Shown here piece after piece: positions 46,704 through 61,076 of a DNA stretch of 64,000 nt (its first letter is position 1; each line of letters opens with the position of its first letter). This stretch comes from Eledone cirrhosa (lineage: Eukaryota): NCBI GenBank assembly GCA_964016885.1, contig OZ024743.1, positions 21,080,001 through 21,144,000 on the forward strand, given 5' to 3'. The notes under the pieces were generated by a model, which saw only the letters and a list, made by a program, of their open reading frames with translations, had not been told where the DNA came from and searched no databases. The position numbers and the translations under genes were made by a program.

Positions 46704-49445
46704 CATCATCATCATCATCATCATCATTTTACGTCCGCTTTTCCCTGCTTGCAAGGGTGGGACGGGTCTTATTCAGCACAGCATCTCTCCACTCGTCACG
46801 GTCCCTCGTCATCTCCACCGTGAGCTTCAATGATCTGAGGTCTGTTCTCACCACCTCCGCCCATGTTTTTCGTGGTCTACCTCTACCACGTCTTCCTTCA
46901 ACTGGCATTTCCTGGCACTTCTTCACCTATCGGTCATCCTCCATGCGCATCACATGTCCATACCACCTCAGTCTCCTCTCCCGTACACTACATTCTATCC
47001 CTCTCAGACACAGTTTCTCTCTCAACACATTTATGCTGGGTCGTTCACGCACATTTACACTGCACATCCAACGGAGCATGCTTGCCTCATTTCTCTCCAG
47101 CCGTCGCATATCTTCTGCGGTTGCTGCCCATGTCTCACTACCATGCAGCATCGCGCTCCTCACACAGGCATCATACAACCGGCCTTTCGTACGCAGGGAG
47201 AAACCCTTCTTCGTCAACAGAGGAAGCAGCTCCCTAAACTTCTTCCAACCCGTCCTTATTCTAGATACTATGGCCTCGGAACACCCTCCTCCCATGCTAA
47301 TCTGATCTCCTAGGTACCGGAAGCTATCCACCACTTCTATAGCGCCCTCTCGCATTTGAAAAATGTGTCTATCAGTGCGACTTCTACTGTCTAATTTCCC
47401 TGTACATCTACTGCATACATATTTCTCCCTACCTGTTAGTTTGCCTGCTATCCCGCTACATCTCTTGTGTACCCAGGACCTACATTGTGTGCATTTTATA
47501 GAATTTATGCCAGTTCCTTTTTTGCATATCGAACATGGCCATTTCCCTGACGGAATCAGGGTTTTGTCCTCTTTTCTACTCATCAACACTTTTGTCTTAG
47601 CTAGATTTACTCTCAGTCCTCTTGCTTCCAACTGCTGTTTCCATAGCCAGAATTTATTCTCTAGCTCCTCTACTGATTCTGCCATAAGAGCCAGATCGTC
47701 AGCATAGAGTAGTTCCCATGGACAGCCAGTCTTAAACTCCTCTGTTATGGCTTGGAGGACTATAATGAACAAGAGCGGGCTGAGGACCGAACCCTGATGT
47801 ACTCCTACTTGTATCTGGAATTCCTCACTAAACTCCATTCCTACCCTGACTTTACTGAGAGTACCTCTGTACAAAGTTTGCACTGTCCTTACAAGCCATT
47901 CCTCAACACCCAGCTTCCTTAGGGACCACCAGATGACAGATCGGGGTACCCTATCAAAGGCCTTCTCTAGGTCAACAAAGGCTAAGTATAGTGGCTTATT
48001 CTTCTCTAAGAACCTCTCTTGCATTTGTCTCACCAAGGAGAGGGCATCTGTTGTACTCTTCCCAGGCACAAAACCAAACTGCATCTCATCTAGTTTGACC
48101 CTTTCTCTAATTAGTTGTGCTAAAATCCTTTCTGCCACTTTCATAACCTGATCTATCAGTTTTATACCCCTATAATTGCTCCTCTCCAAAGCATCCCCTT
48201 TACCTTTGTAGCAATTTATGAGAATACTGCTGCACCAGTCTTTGGGTATGACACCACCATATATAGCCTGATTGATTATACGTGCAACCAGTTTAGTGCC
48301 TACGTCCCCTGATGCCTTCAGCATCTCAGCAACTATTCCCGATGGTCCGGCCGCCTTACCATTTTTCATTTCCCTAATCGCCTCTTGGACCCTATATTCG
48401 TCAATCTCAATAGCTGGTCCCTCTGTCGGATCTACCAAGGGTAATTTCTCTCTCTCCCATTCGTTCTCCACATTCATCAGTCTCTCATAATGACATTTCC
48501 AGGCCTCCTTTTTCTGGTCATTCGTGACACTAAGTACACCGGCATTATCCCGGACACATTTATCACCAACAACATCCTGATTTGCATTGACACACTGCCT
48601 TGCAATGTGGAACACCGCACGCCTCTGATCTTCCCGTCGCAGAACATTGGCAAACCTCCTACTCTCTGCCTCCCTGCGTGCTAAGTACACCTGACGTCTA
48701 GCTTCTCTCTTAGTGGCTGTATATTCTTCCCTACTCCCACCCTTTTTCCAAGCCTTCCATGCTCGTCTTTTGTCTCTAATAGCCTTATCTACACTGCTGT
48801 TCCACCACCAGGTCACTCTCTGTCTGGTTGGAGCTCTGCTCCAGCCACAGGTTTCATCAGTAGCCTTCAGCAAGTTGTCACGTAAGAACTTCCAGTTATT
48901 ATCTATGTCATACGTCTCTAAATCGTCTTCTTTTTCGTCATATACATCTTGAAGGGCTTTCCTAAATTTGAATTTTAGTGAAAGGTCTTTTAGCTTCCAG
49001 ACCTTTCTTCTCCACACCTTCCTATATGCCTCATTCCATCTCTTGCTTACTGATATATCACTAACAACTAACCTATGCTGTGGGGTACATTCTTCCCCAG
49101 GGTATGCCTTGGTATTAGACACTATCTGCCTGTCCCGCTGCCTAACTAGCAGGAAGTCAATCTGGCTTATGTGCTCACCAGATTTGTAGGTTATTAGGTG
49201 ATTGGCAGGTTTCTGGAAGTTTGTGTTGCAAATAGTCAATGTACTTGCATCACAAAATTCAAGAAGTCTCACTCCTTCTTCATTTCTTGAACCGTAACCG
49301 TGCCCACCATGTACCCCAGTGTAACCATCCTGGAGCTGTCCAACATGACCATTGAAGTCTCCTGCTAGCATAACGATGTCTCCGTCCTCTGTCATTGTGG
49401 TTGTTTGCAAAAGTTGCTCATAAAAGCAGTCTTTCTCATCTTTGC
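46704..49445 (-). mobile_element. Near-intact, 5'-truncated RTE LINE (APE C-half, RT, PHD finger); one in-frame stop at 46927-46929
   Basis: 827-aa ORF with GDFNGH, IDFLL, QH, HQGSVLSP, LYADD; continues in frame as 46729..46926; (ATG)n tail. Confidence 0.95.
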
Positions 49446-49489
49446 CTAGGCCTGCTTGGGGAGCATAGACCGATGGAAAAAGTTATATG

Positions 49490-49532
<43 letters not shown>

Positions 49533-49562
49533 ATATATACACACATATATATATATATATAT

Positions 49563-49605
<43 letters not shown>

Positions 49606-49616
49606 TATATATATAT

Positions 49617-49661
<45 letters not shown>

Positions 49662-49822
49662 TATATATATACACACACATATATATATATACACATATAT
49701 ATATATACATATATATATACATACATATATATATATATATATACATATATATATACATACATATATATATATATACATATATATATACATACATATATAT
49801 ATATATACATATATATACATAC

Positions 49823-49857
<35 letters not shown>

Positions 49858-49988
49858 CACATATATATACACATATATATATATATATATACACACATAT
49901 ATAATTACACATATATATATATATACACATATATATATATATATATATATGCACACATATATATATACACACATATATATATATATAT

Positions 49989-50029
<41 letters not shown>

Positions 50030-50108
50030 CATATATATATACATAGATATATATATATATACATACATAGATATATATATATATACATACATAGATATAT
50101 ATATATAT

Positions 50109-50141
<33 letters not shown>

Positions 50142-50171
50142 CATACATATATATATATATATACATACATA

Positions 50172-50203
<32 letters not shown>

Positions 50204-50220
50204 CATACATACATACATAT

Positions 50221-50466
50221 TTCGAGTACGGCCACTACTTTATATCCATGTAGGAGAACCCCTACCGATGCGCTGAACGAGTGTGACTTTTCAGTCCAGC
50301 CAGCGACTTGAAAACTCTGGTACGAACACTACACTTGTGACAATTATTGACACATAGTGCTGGGCCCATGGTACCATGTGACGACAAGTGCAGAGAGATC
50401 TCCAGATATAAAGCAATGCCTGTGCCATGAAGCTTTTATAGTGAGCAAAGGCACTGCACAAAGCCT
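50221..50466 (-). mobile_element. Module B copy
   Basis: Matches 25466-25712. Confidence 0.75.
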
Positions 50467-50506
50467 ATATATATATATACATATACATATACATATATAT
50501 ATATAT

Positions 50507-51021
50507 AGATAATTTAATATATCAACTAACATAGGCGCACAGATGCACGTCCATGCCAGCAAATACACAGGTTATGTCATAGTACCTAGGTGGTTCAATG
50601 CAGGAGGGTGCAGAACAATAATATAAAAGACGTAAAATAAGAAAATATTTTTTAAGTAGGCGTCAGTCATCTTACCATCCCATTCCTTCTAACTGGCCTC
50701 TATGTCACGTGATTGATTCTTTAGAATCGGACATTTGACTGGAAGCAGTGAGAATTTCAGTACATAGAATCCAGTCCTCGCCTAGCTGTTCTTTCTACCG
50801 AATTATTATTTTTATATGAGCCGCTAGTGTCCGCGCATTGCCTGGAGGCTCAGCTGAGAATAGACTCCCTGATGACGCAATGAATTCTCGACAGTTGGAT
50901 TATGTAACTGTCTTTATCCCATTGCAGAAACTAATTAGTTGGAGTGAAAATTTAAGTAAGTAAGTAAAAAATTTTTTTTAAATTTTTTAAAAAATATTTT
51001 CTTATTTTACGTCTTTTATAT
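50507..51021 (+). mobile_element. Non-coding PLE-type insert with 35-bp inverted repeat and hammerhead
   Basis: IR at 50621-50655 and 50987-51021; (TA)n flanks. Confidence 0.7.
50864..50945 (+). ncRNA. Hammerhead ribozyme with extended stem II
   Basis: actcc CTGATGA c-gcaatg..gacagtt/aactgtc..cattgc-a GAA ACTAATTAGT T ggagt. Confidence 0.8.
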
Positions 51022-51022
51022 A

Positions 51023-51178
<156 letters not shown>

Positions 51179-51197
51179 TATATACATATATATATAT

Positions 51198-54100
51198 ATC
51201 ATCATCATCATCATCATCTTCATTTAACGTCCATTTTCCACGCTATCATGAGTTAGACGGGAGTTGTCCCTCTTGAGGCAAGGCTGGACGGGTGACCGTG
51301 TCTCGCTCATATAGGACTATCTGGCAGGTTTTCTACGGCTGAATGCCCTTCCTAACACCAACCACATTTACAGTGTGGAACTGGGAACTTTTTACCGTGT
51401 TACCTACACGACCACATTACAGCGTGGACTGTGTGTGTGTTTTTTTTTTGTCGTGACACCTACACGAACTCGATCTCATTTTCTCATGTTGTTGGTGGGA
51501 GTGGAGGATAGGGTAAGGGTAGTAGATTGGGGTGTATATTTGGTTAAGAGCTGCCCACTGACTGTAGGTTTCACTTTGTACTTAGGCAAGGCGGGTCTTC
51601 TGTATTACTGCGTAGCACCAAAGATCTTGGTCCAAAGACATTGTCTTAGAGAGATGTAAGTGTGTAAGGTCGGAATTTATCAGATCATCCCAGGTTTTTC
51701 TGGGTCTACCTACTCCGTAACTACCATCAATTTTGATCGCTCTGCACTTTTTTATGCAGCTGTCATCTTTCATGTGCATCACGTGACCATACCAACGTAC
51801 TCTTCCCTCAAGTAAACAGCATCTGATCCCTCTTATTCCTAATTTCTCACTTAGTTCATTTATGCTTTGCTGTTCACGTATATTACTATTACACATCCAA
51901 CGGAGCATGCATGCTTCGTTCCTTTCCAGTCTACGCAGGTCCTCTGCATGTAATGCCTATGTCTCACTGCCATGTAGCATTGCTGTTTGTATACATCATA
52001 CAATCTGCTTTCATTTTTAGAGAGAAACCTTTTGTGGCCAACAGCGGTATAAGCTCTCTGAACTTTTTCCATCCCGTTCTGACTCGGGCTACTGTACTTT
52101 CAGAACACCCTCCACCACTGCTGATTTCTTCACCCAGGTAACGGAAAGTGTCTACTATTAAACCATCTGGCCAATGGAAGGAGCTAGTATCCTTTGGACA
52201 CTTGCTACTTATTGCACCTGAGCATTGGCCACATATAAAGTCTACGTTCTTAGATAGTTTACCTGTGATCCCACTACATCTTTTATGTACCCATATTATG
52301 CATTTGGGACATAAAATGGAATTTCTGCCTACTCCTTTCCTACTCACTGAGCATGGCCTTTTCCCTGAGGGCACCTGTGCCCTATTTTCCTTTCTACAAA
52401 TTAGAACTTTAGTCTTAGACAAGTTAACTTTAAGGCCTTTTGATTCTAGGCCATGCTTCCATGTTTCGAATTTCTTCTCTAGTTCAGCCATTGATTCAAT
52501 CTATGAGCGTTAGATCATCTGCATATAGGAGTTCCCATGGGCAGCCGGTCTTGAACTCCTCTGTTATAGCCTGAAGGGTAATAATAAATAAGAGGGGGCT
52601 AAGGACAGAGCCTTGATGAACACCAACTTTTACACTAAATTCTTCACAATATTCATTGTTAATTCTAACCTTACTGACTGTTTCATTACACATAGCTTGT
52701 ATAGCTCTCACAAGCCATTCATCTACACCTAGTTTTCTAAGAGCCCACCAGATAATGGAACAGGGGACTCTGTCAAAAGCTTTCTCCAGGTCTACAAAAG
52801 CTAAGTAGAGGGGTTTACTTTTAGCTAGATACTTCTCTTGTAGTTGTCGTACAAGGAAAAGAGCGTCTGTGGTACTTTTACCTGACACAAACCCAAACTG
52901 CATTTCATCTAGATCAATTCGCTCTCTGATTAGTTGCGCTATAATTCTTTCTGTGACCTTCATGACCTGGTCAACTAACTTAATGCTTCTATAGTTTCCC
53001 CTATCTAGAGCATCCCCTTTACCTTTGTAGCAGTTAATGATGATGCTGCTACGCCAGTCTTTCGATATGACCCCAATCTGTATTACTTGGTTAGCTATAT
53101 GGGTGACCATAGTGTGTCCCACCATACCAGATGCCTTCAACATCTCAGCAACTATCTCCGAAGGCCCAGCTGCCTTGCCTGTCTTCATATCTTTGATTGC
53201 CTTACTTATTATACTACCTTTAACTTGCACCGCTGGTCCTTCTATTGGATCGATTTGGGGCATACTATCTTTTTCCCATTTATTCTCCTCATTTAATAGT
53301 CTCTCGTAGTGACACTTCCAGGCTATCTTCTTATCAGTATCAGTGAGTGCAAGTACACCATTATCATTATGGACACACTTCTCCCCAACAATATCATGGT
53401 TTTCCTTGACACATTGTCTAGCAATCCTGAACACCTGACGTTTTTGGTCCTCACATTGCAGAACATGCTTGAACTTTCTATCCTCTGCTACCCTCTTTGC
53501 AAGGTACACTTATCTTCTACCTTCTCTCCTGGCCACTTGATAGTGCTCTCTGCTTCCCCCATCCTGCCATTCTTTCCAAGCCTGCTTTTTGGCCTTGATT
53601 GTCTCTTCCACCTTACTGTTCTACCACCAAGTTACTCTCCTCCTGCCAATAGGTCTGCTCCAGCTACAGATTTCATCCGTTGCTTTCAGCAGGTTCTCTT
53701 TCAAGAATTGCCACTGTTCCTCTATATTGCACATCTCTAATTGCTCTTCCTTATTGTCAAAGGCATCAAGTAATAAGCTTTTAAATTTGTCACTGGCTAT
53801 GGGGTCCTTCAACTTCCATATTCTTCTCCTCAAGGTAGGCCTCCACTGTCGTCGAGTACGTCTATTCCTGACTATGAGGTCACTAACTACTAGGCTATGT
53901 TGGGAGGTGCATTCTTCATGGGGGAGGGATGTTTACAACAGACATTTTGTCCCATCTTCTAGTAAGGATATAATCTATCTGGCTGGCGTGTTCCCCTGAT
54001 CTATAGGTGATCAAGTGGTTTTCACGTTTTTTGAAGTTTGTGTTACAGATAGTTGGGCTATTTGCGTCACAGAATTCCAGGATTCTGAAGCCCTCCTCAT

Positions 54101-54668
54101 TTCTATTTCCAACCCCATAGCCTCTATGGATTCCATCATAGCCATCACTATGTTGTCCAACGTGACCGTTTAGATCGGCAGCAATAATTAAGTAGTCACT
54201 GTCAGTTATTTGGGAGGTAGTGTGCATTAGCATCTCATAGAACCTGTCCTTTATAACATCAGGGAGACCAGATTGGGGTGCATAAGCAGATATTATTGTC
54301 ACAGTAATTCTATTTAGAACTAGTCTTAATTCAATTATTCTGTCATTCATTCTATTTACGTCAATTACCTTATCTACCCATTTTTCACCTAACATAATTC
54401 CTACACCACCCTGTCCGTTGTCATTTCCCACCCAGAAAAGTTTATAGCATCGTTTTTTTACCTACGATGAATCTGGCAGACCCCCCCCTCTCCACCTAGT
54501 CTCTTGAATACAACAAACATCAACTTCTTTACGTTCAATCATCTCTACAACCTCATTTGAGCGACCTTTCAATGTGCCTACGTTGGTACCAACTCTGGAG
54601 TTGGGAGGGTGGGACGGATGGGTTGGAGGGGCAGGGAGGGGTGTGGGAGATGGGATTTTGTTGGTCAT
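51198..54668 (-). mobile_element. Nearly full-length decayed RTE LINE (APE + RT + PHD + long 3' UTR)
   Basis: NVGTL..CCIQETRW, SAYAPQ, IDYIL, QGSVLSP, LYADD spread over frameshifted ORFs. Confidence 0.93.
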
Positions 54669-54816
54669 CTATATATATATATATATATATATACCATCTC
54701 TTCATTTAGTTTTCTGTATGGGTATTACTTACCTGCTTTAAGATCTTACATGTTGCCTAGGAATTTAACTATTGTTATACTAGTGGAGATATTTATATTC
54801 AAGATAAGCTTCTTAA

Positions 54817-55038
54817 CCCTTTAGCATTTACATTACTCTATATTTATTAATTGTATTTTCATGTTAAAGGTTTTATCTCACATAATTATTTCACATAATA
54901 TCGAATCTACAATATTTTGATATTATTAATTTTGAGAAGAACACCTTAACATAAGTATGAGTAGCTAGTTACACTCGGTTTGAACAGAAAGAGGTGAGAG
55001 AATTCTGGCTGGATATGACTTGTTTAAATGCTAAAGGG
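54817..55038. mobile_element. piggyBac-type MITE
   Basis: TTAA|CCCTTTAGCATTTA...TAAATGCTAAAGGG|TTAA. Confidence 0.85.
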
Positions 55039-55769
55039 TTAAATATGCTTATTAGGTTTTTTTTTTAATATGACCATGGCATTATTGGATGAGGCTAGTT
55101 CAGTCCAGGCTGGCCTACTCAGTGCTACGGCCTAGCTCCTGCTAGCCTGTTCAGCCCAGCTAATACAGACAAGCCAATTCAACCAAGAGAGTCTAACCAG
55201 ACCAACTCACACCATACAAGAACAGCCATGTCAGCTCAGTCAAGCCAATCTAGTCAGCTAGGCCAGCTCAGTCCAATGAGCCTGCACAACCTACCACAGG
55301 CTGGCCTGAGCAGTTCAGCTTAGAGGGTGTAACATGGCCAATCAAAGTTTCCAAGCCTATAGAGCTCAGCCCAGCCAGTCTTGTTCAGCCTAGCCAGTCT
55401 AGTTAATTTCAGTCCACTACAGGCTGCCAGGCCAGCCATGTCTACCTTGCTCAAACTTGCCAACCAAGATCAACCTAATCTGTTGAACCTGGTGAGCTCA
55501 GCTCAGTCTGCTGAACAAACTCAGTGCAAGTAAGCTCAACAAGGCAAGCTCAACCTGGCAAGACAAGATTATCCTGCCTTTGCCAGGCTCGAATCTGTAA
55601 TTCCCTGGTTCAAGAGATATCAATAAAATAAATTTAGAAAGTACTGCTTTATATAATCCTAAGTTTCTAAGATCTGCAGAAGCCTTGCATATCCCATTTA
55701 GTACTATTTTTATCGAGTCACCTTCTTTGGGAAAAATACAAATGGCAATGGCTGTTGATAATGGTTTGT

Positions 55770-55960
55770 AATTTTGGTACAAGGCCAACAGTTTTGAAGG
55801 AAAGGGAATGTTGATTATACCAACACCAGTACTTTATTTGTACTTTATTTTATCAGCCTCAGAGGGATAAAAGGCAAAGTTTTGAAACCATGATATAGAG
55901 AGCTGAACAAAATACTGCAATGCATTTCATTCAACATGCTAACGATTCTGCCAATTTATT
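55770..55960 (-). mobile_element. Old copy of the SINE at 6964-7157
   Basis: ttttggtacaaggcca..tactttattttatc..gataaaaggcaaagtt..aacgattctgccaa. Confidence 0.7.
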
Positions 55961-56699
55961 TCTCTCTCTTGATAAATGATAATAATAGTAAACAAAGCCA
56001 AATAGCAATACGATGAAAATCAATATAATAATAAATAGATTATCAAACTAATCTATAAAAGAGTATCACAACTTCTATAACAAAATATCTATTGGAACTA
56101 CAATAGCATCCAATATTGCAATCACTAGAGCATCCATCATAGTTATCACAATAGCAATAAATCCTGGGAGGATGAAAGAAAATGTCAATTCCCAGTAGGA
56201 TTTGAACTCAAATCATAAAAAGAGAAAAACAAATACTGCTTGGTATTCGGCACTGCCATTTTCTGCAACCAGAACGTCTGCTTCTTGTTGTTTAGCCCAA
56301 GGTCATTCCTGATTGAGTAGACCTAAGATCTAAAATATTCCAACTTTGACCATCCTATCTTTTTTCTTGTGTACAAGGAAGCTAGAACTACATTATCCAA
56401 AGATGGAGGGGCAGTATTTAAGGGAGATTGGGCTGTTATCTTTAGCAGATCAAGCAACCATGCACTAACTCCCTTGTTAACTTATTAGAGCTGGTCAGTG
56501 CAAGAAATGCAGTGGCCATAGCATTTATGGGCTGTCCTGGACAGATGAGATTGTTGTTTTTGATAATTAGTTCACCTATATGCTTGTTTTCTCTGCTAGA
56601 AAAGGTTTAATGTGTAATTTCAGGCTGGTCAATATTTGAGCAGAGTCACTGAGCTTTACTTGAGCTGATATATGATATCTTACTCCACCGAGTTCATTT

Positions 56700-57050
56700 T
56701 ATCATGGTATCAACAGTAAGGAAGTTGTTATGTCCTTGACGCAGCTGAAGAGTCTTCCCAACCATTTGTTTGGCAGGTTTTCTACTGTGGGAAACAAGTG
56801 AACAAAAAGGGGAAATTTCAGAGCCTTACATCTCTGAAAAGGAAGGACTGAGAAAGTGTGTAAAATGAATAAAAGATCTGAGAGGTGAGACACAGCAAGA
56901 GATTAATGACAAGAGGAAAGTCAGATGAACTAAATGGATTTGGCGGAATTGTCGGTACCTATGCAACTAGTTAGTTCAGTAGCAATAGATGAAGCACAGA
57001 AGTGAGATGTATAGCAACCAGAGGTTGTAATGTATCAATGTGAGTGAATC
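56700..57050 (-). mobile_element. Degenerate CR1/Jockey-like LINE 3' coding end
   Basis: Frameshifted remnants resembling a ..FP.T..WN.LP..FK type C-terminus; weak. Confidence 0.4.
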
Positions 57051-57931
57051 ATTGCCAATTATTCAGATGTCCGAATAATATATAATGCAAATATAACAAA
57101 TAAGAACTGCAAAGTCAATTTGAATAACAAATAAGACTTTAATGAACTAGTAATGATTTTAATTTCTGATATATCAACTTAAATCATATAACAACAATGG
57201 CAACAGAGTGGTAAGTTTTAAAAAGTAAAAAATATCATTAGTTTGTTTACTTGAAGAGAAAACATAAAAGAAAAACATGGGTTACTGGGAAAATTACCAA
57301 TGGTGGTTTATATATTTTTATTGTGGTGTATTTATTTTTATTTGTTTTATTTAATTATTTGTTTATTTATTTGACCTTCTATAAAGTAATGCCCATGTTC
57401 CACACCCATTCATTTATTGATGACTTCTTATAGTTTCAGAGCAACTGAATATATCTTCTACAAAATATTTTAGCCAAGAGAATCTAGGAACGCTTTCTTC
57501 ATTATCTTCTCAAAATATCTAAGAGAAATCAGAATTGCAAGATAATGAATAATTGAACAATCATGAAGTGAATAGCAATGAACTCTACCTACATGAGGAT
57601 TCCTATTTACTGCTAAATGAACTAGGCCTTTGAGAATTAAGTATCTCCACTGGGGTCACAGTACTGTGTTTACACAAATACAGAAATCTCTGGTTCATCC
57701 ATCAGCAGTTTTCTCTTAATTAAGCTGAATATAAATTAATCTAATGAATGAGAACTAGAAGTGAATGATTTCTAATTTTGGTAAAGGGACACATATTTTA
57801 AGAGAGTACAGTAAGTTAAATCACTACAAGTTTCAGTTTATGACTGGTATTTATCTTATGATCTCCAGATTGATGAAAGATAAAATCGAAATTGGTGTAA
57901 TTTAAACTGTAAAAAGCAGATTCTATTTTAA

Positions 57932-58119
57932 CCCTTTAGCCATACTAGACCAGAGTTCTCTCACCTCTTTCTGTTCAAGCAGGCCATAACCGACTACTCA
58001 TACTTATGTTAAGGTATTGTTCTTAAAATAGATAATATCAAAATCTCATAGAATCGATATTATGTGAGATAAAGTGTTTACTGTGAAAATACAATATATT
58101 GTAATGTAAATGCTATGGG
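57932..58119. mobile_element. piggyBac-type MITE copy
   Basis: TTAA flanks; reverse homology to 54817-55038. Confidence 0.75.
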
Positions 58120-58420
58120 TTAAGTGTGAACTACTATTAACAATATTACTAAAATAATATTTATCAATAGACCAGTTACATTAAAATGAGGTGAAATATA
58201 TAAAAATAAAGGGAAAATATGATGCTATTGTGAGAGAACAGTCATTTTCCTTATTGTGCTTTATGTAACTTTTATATCCCGAGTTTTCTGGTTAATATAA
58301 ACGTAAACATGTATTACAAAAATCATTTATTGTATAATTGAAGTCAGTATGGACATAGGAGAAAAAAATGGAATCAATATTGGGACCTTAAAATAGTTAT
58401 AATGGGTTTAAAGTTAGTTG

Positions 58421-58630
58421 TTATAAATATGTTGTGGTTGTGTCAATGGCTTTAAGGTCATTATCGTCTACTTTCCTCAAACCAGCTGGTGGTTTCACAT
58501 CATATTTGTCTACATCTTTACCATCTAGTGTAAAGGCTAGATTATCTGCATCGTGATGATTTTTACCTATATATTCCTTAGCTTCTACTTTCGGAAGCTT
58601 CACTTGACTTTTGACATGAATGGCCCATTT
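58421..58630 (-). CDS. Putative terminal coding exon of a host gene (KWAIHVK...AIDTTTTYL*)
   Basis: Acceptor attttgcag, 69 non-repetitive codons to TAA, C-terminal T-x-L motif. Confidence 0.55.
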   Translation of the reverse strand, partial: KWAIHVKSQVKLPKVEAKEYIGKNHHDADNLAFTLDGKDVDKYDVKPPAGLRKVDDNDLKAIDTTTTYL

Positions 58631-58639
58631 CTGCAAAAT

Positions 58640-58855
58640 ATAATAATAATGACAATAATGAAAATTATTGTGTACAGTGCTCAGGTGCACTACAGCTCAT
58701 CAAAGGTGCATGTATATTACATAGAATAATGTACAAATGTCAGGAAAGGGAACAATGTATGAATCATGATATATACACACAGATACATGTGAGTGTGTGA
58801 ATGGAGGAGGGATATCAGGTGTAGTGTTAGAGAATTTCGGGAAGCATGGAAGTTT
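58640..58855 (-). mobile_element. LINE-type 3' end with (ATT)n tail
   Basis: Reverse match to 61610-61820. Confidence 0.7.
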
Positions 58856-59354
58856 ATTTTAATAAATCATGTTATTTTGAATTTCCTGGTTGCTGAAATT
58901 AATATACAATATACAATAATATGTATGTTCACAAAAGTACTTGAGTTATTAGTTATTTTCACTTTGTTGAAAATATGATTTCGATTTATGATATATATAT
59001 TTCTCACTAAAGAAATCTAGTTTCTTTCTTATATTCACTGGTGATTTTCTTAGATGTGCTTATAAGTATGATAAGAGATGTATAATACAGCATACAGTGG
59101 CATTATACAGACTACAACATACAACGGAGGTCTGAATAAATTACATATGTGGAGTTAAACTTTATTTACTATGGAGATAATACTTTAAAACATTGTTTCA
59201 TTAGAGGGTTGTATTTTTCAAAAGTTGAAATAAATATGTAATAACTCTTCTGGTACCATATTCTAAAGAAAGACACTACCTTTTCAAGTTTTATATTGAA
59301 AATAATCAAGAATTTGGAGAGATTTAGTAATATAAGTAATTTTTTCACTATTAA

Positions 59355-59570
59355 CCCTTTAACAGTTAAACTGGACATATCCAGCCAGAGTTCTCTCACC
59401 TCTTTCTGTTCAAACCGGTCATAACTGGCAACTCATGCTGATGTTAAGGTATTTTTCTCAAAATAGATAACAAAATCTCATAGATTCGGTATTATGTGAG
59501 ATAAATTTGTGAGACAAAGCCTTTACCACTAAAATACGATAATAAATAGAGTAATGTAAATACTAAAGTG
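59355..59570. mobile_element. piggyBac-type MITE copy
   Basis: TTAA flanks; homology to 57932-58119. Confidence 0.75.
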
Positions 59571-60788
59571 TTAACCTGGCGTTCTGAGCATAAGTTAACA
59601 AAGGTGAAAGGTTTTCAGATAAATTCAAACACCTTAACATAAACAACTTTGTATTATAGAACCAGGGACAGTTTTAGGTACTTTGGTATCAAAAGGGTTA
59701 AAATAACATTTTAAAATTAAAACAAAAACATCATGGCAACCTATTATAAGAATAAGTCACCATTTTTAGAATATAATAAATGAATAGATAAAGCTGAATC
59801 ACTAAGGGGCATGCTAAATATTAAGTAAGGAATCAAAATTAACCATGATTTAATCTCTTAAGATACATACAGTTGGGAATTTAAAACCTTACAGTTGAAT
59901 TTAGGCTGACAGGCAGCTAATAAATTAAGGATTCAAAAACAAACTAATGGAAAGAAATTTTACAGAAAGAATTTAAGGAAAAAAAAAATTAACTGAAATA
60001 TCTCAACAATAATGAGATTAAAATATATAGATTTTAAAATCTTTTAAACTGGGCAATGAAATTAAGGCAATATTGGTGAGTAGTCAGGAAATAGACTTGA
60101 TCTAAATACATCATGTAGGTTCTCCAACAGGTTCAAATATATTGAGATTAAACAGATATTAGACTTCACAAACTAGCTAAATTGAAAATAAAATACTTAA
60201 TTATAGGTTACATAAAATTCTAGGCTTTAAACTGGTGTAAGATGAAAAAATGTACAGTTATTCAAAGTATACATGAAATAGGTGAGAGAGCAGTCTAATA
60301 AGCTGGTGCATAAAAAATGAGTTTTATAAAAGATTGAAGTCAAAAGCAACTATATTCATACCCTAGTTAAAACTAGAAATAACAAGAAAATAACAAGGAA
60401 ATTTATAAATATAAATAAAATAACATACATACTCACACATATATAATCAATTAAGAAGGTCGATAACAAAAACTACAGGATAAGAATTGTTTAAAAGTAT
60501 AAATGTAAAGCTGAGGTATCATGGAAAAAATAAGAAAGCACACAAATGTAAGAAGATTTAGTAACCAACTTAATACAAAAATAGAAAAGATTATGATAAT
60601 CTCTCCATAATAATAATAAGAAAAGATATGATCAAATTAAGTGAAGTTAAAATGCTGGGCAAATAAAATATTCTTACACATGAGAATTCAGGATAAGAAA
60701 GTGGAAAGGAAACTGGATATATATATATCGAAATAGAATTTTAGTAGAAAGAAAAAAAAATGTGCATGCATACACACACATACATTAA

Positions 60789-60820
<32 letters not shown>

Positions 60821-60965
60821 GAATACACACACACACATATATATATATATATATGAATACACACACACACATATATATGAATACACACACATATATACAC
60901 ACACACACACACATACATTAAATATAAATATATATATATGAATACACAGACACGTATATATATAT

Positions 60966-61010
<45 letters not shown>

Positions 61011-61076
61011 CTTATAAACACACACATACATACACACATGCATACATACAAACACACACACACACATTTACATACA

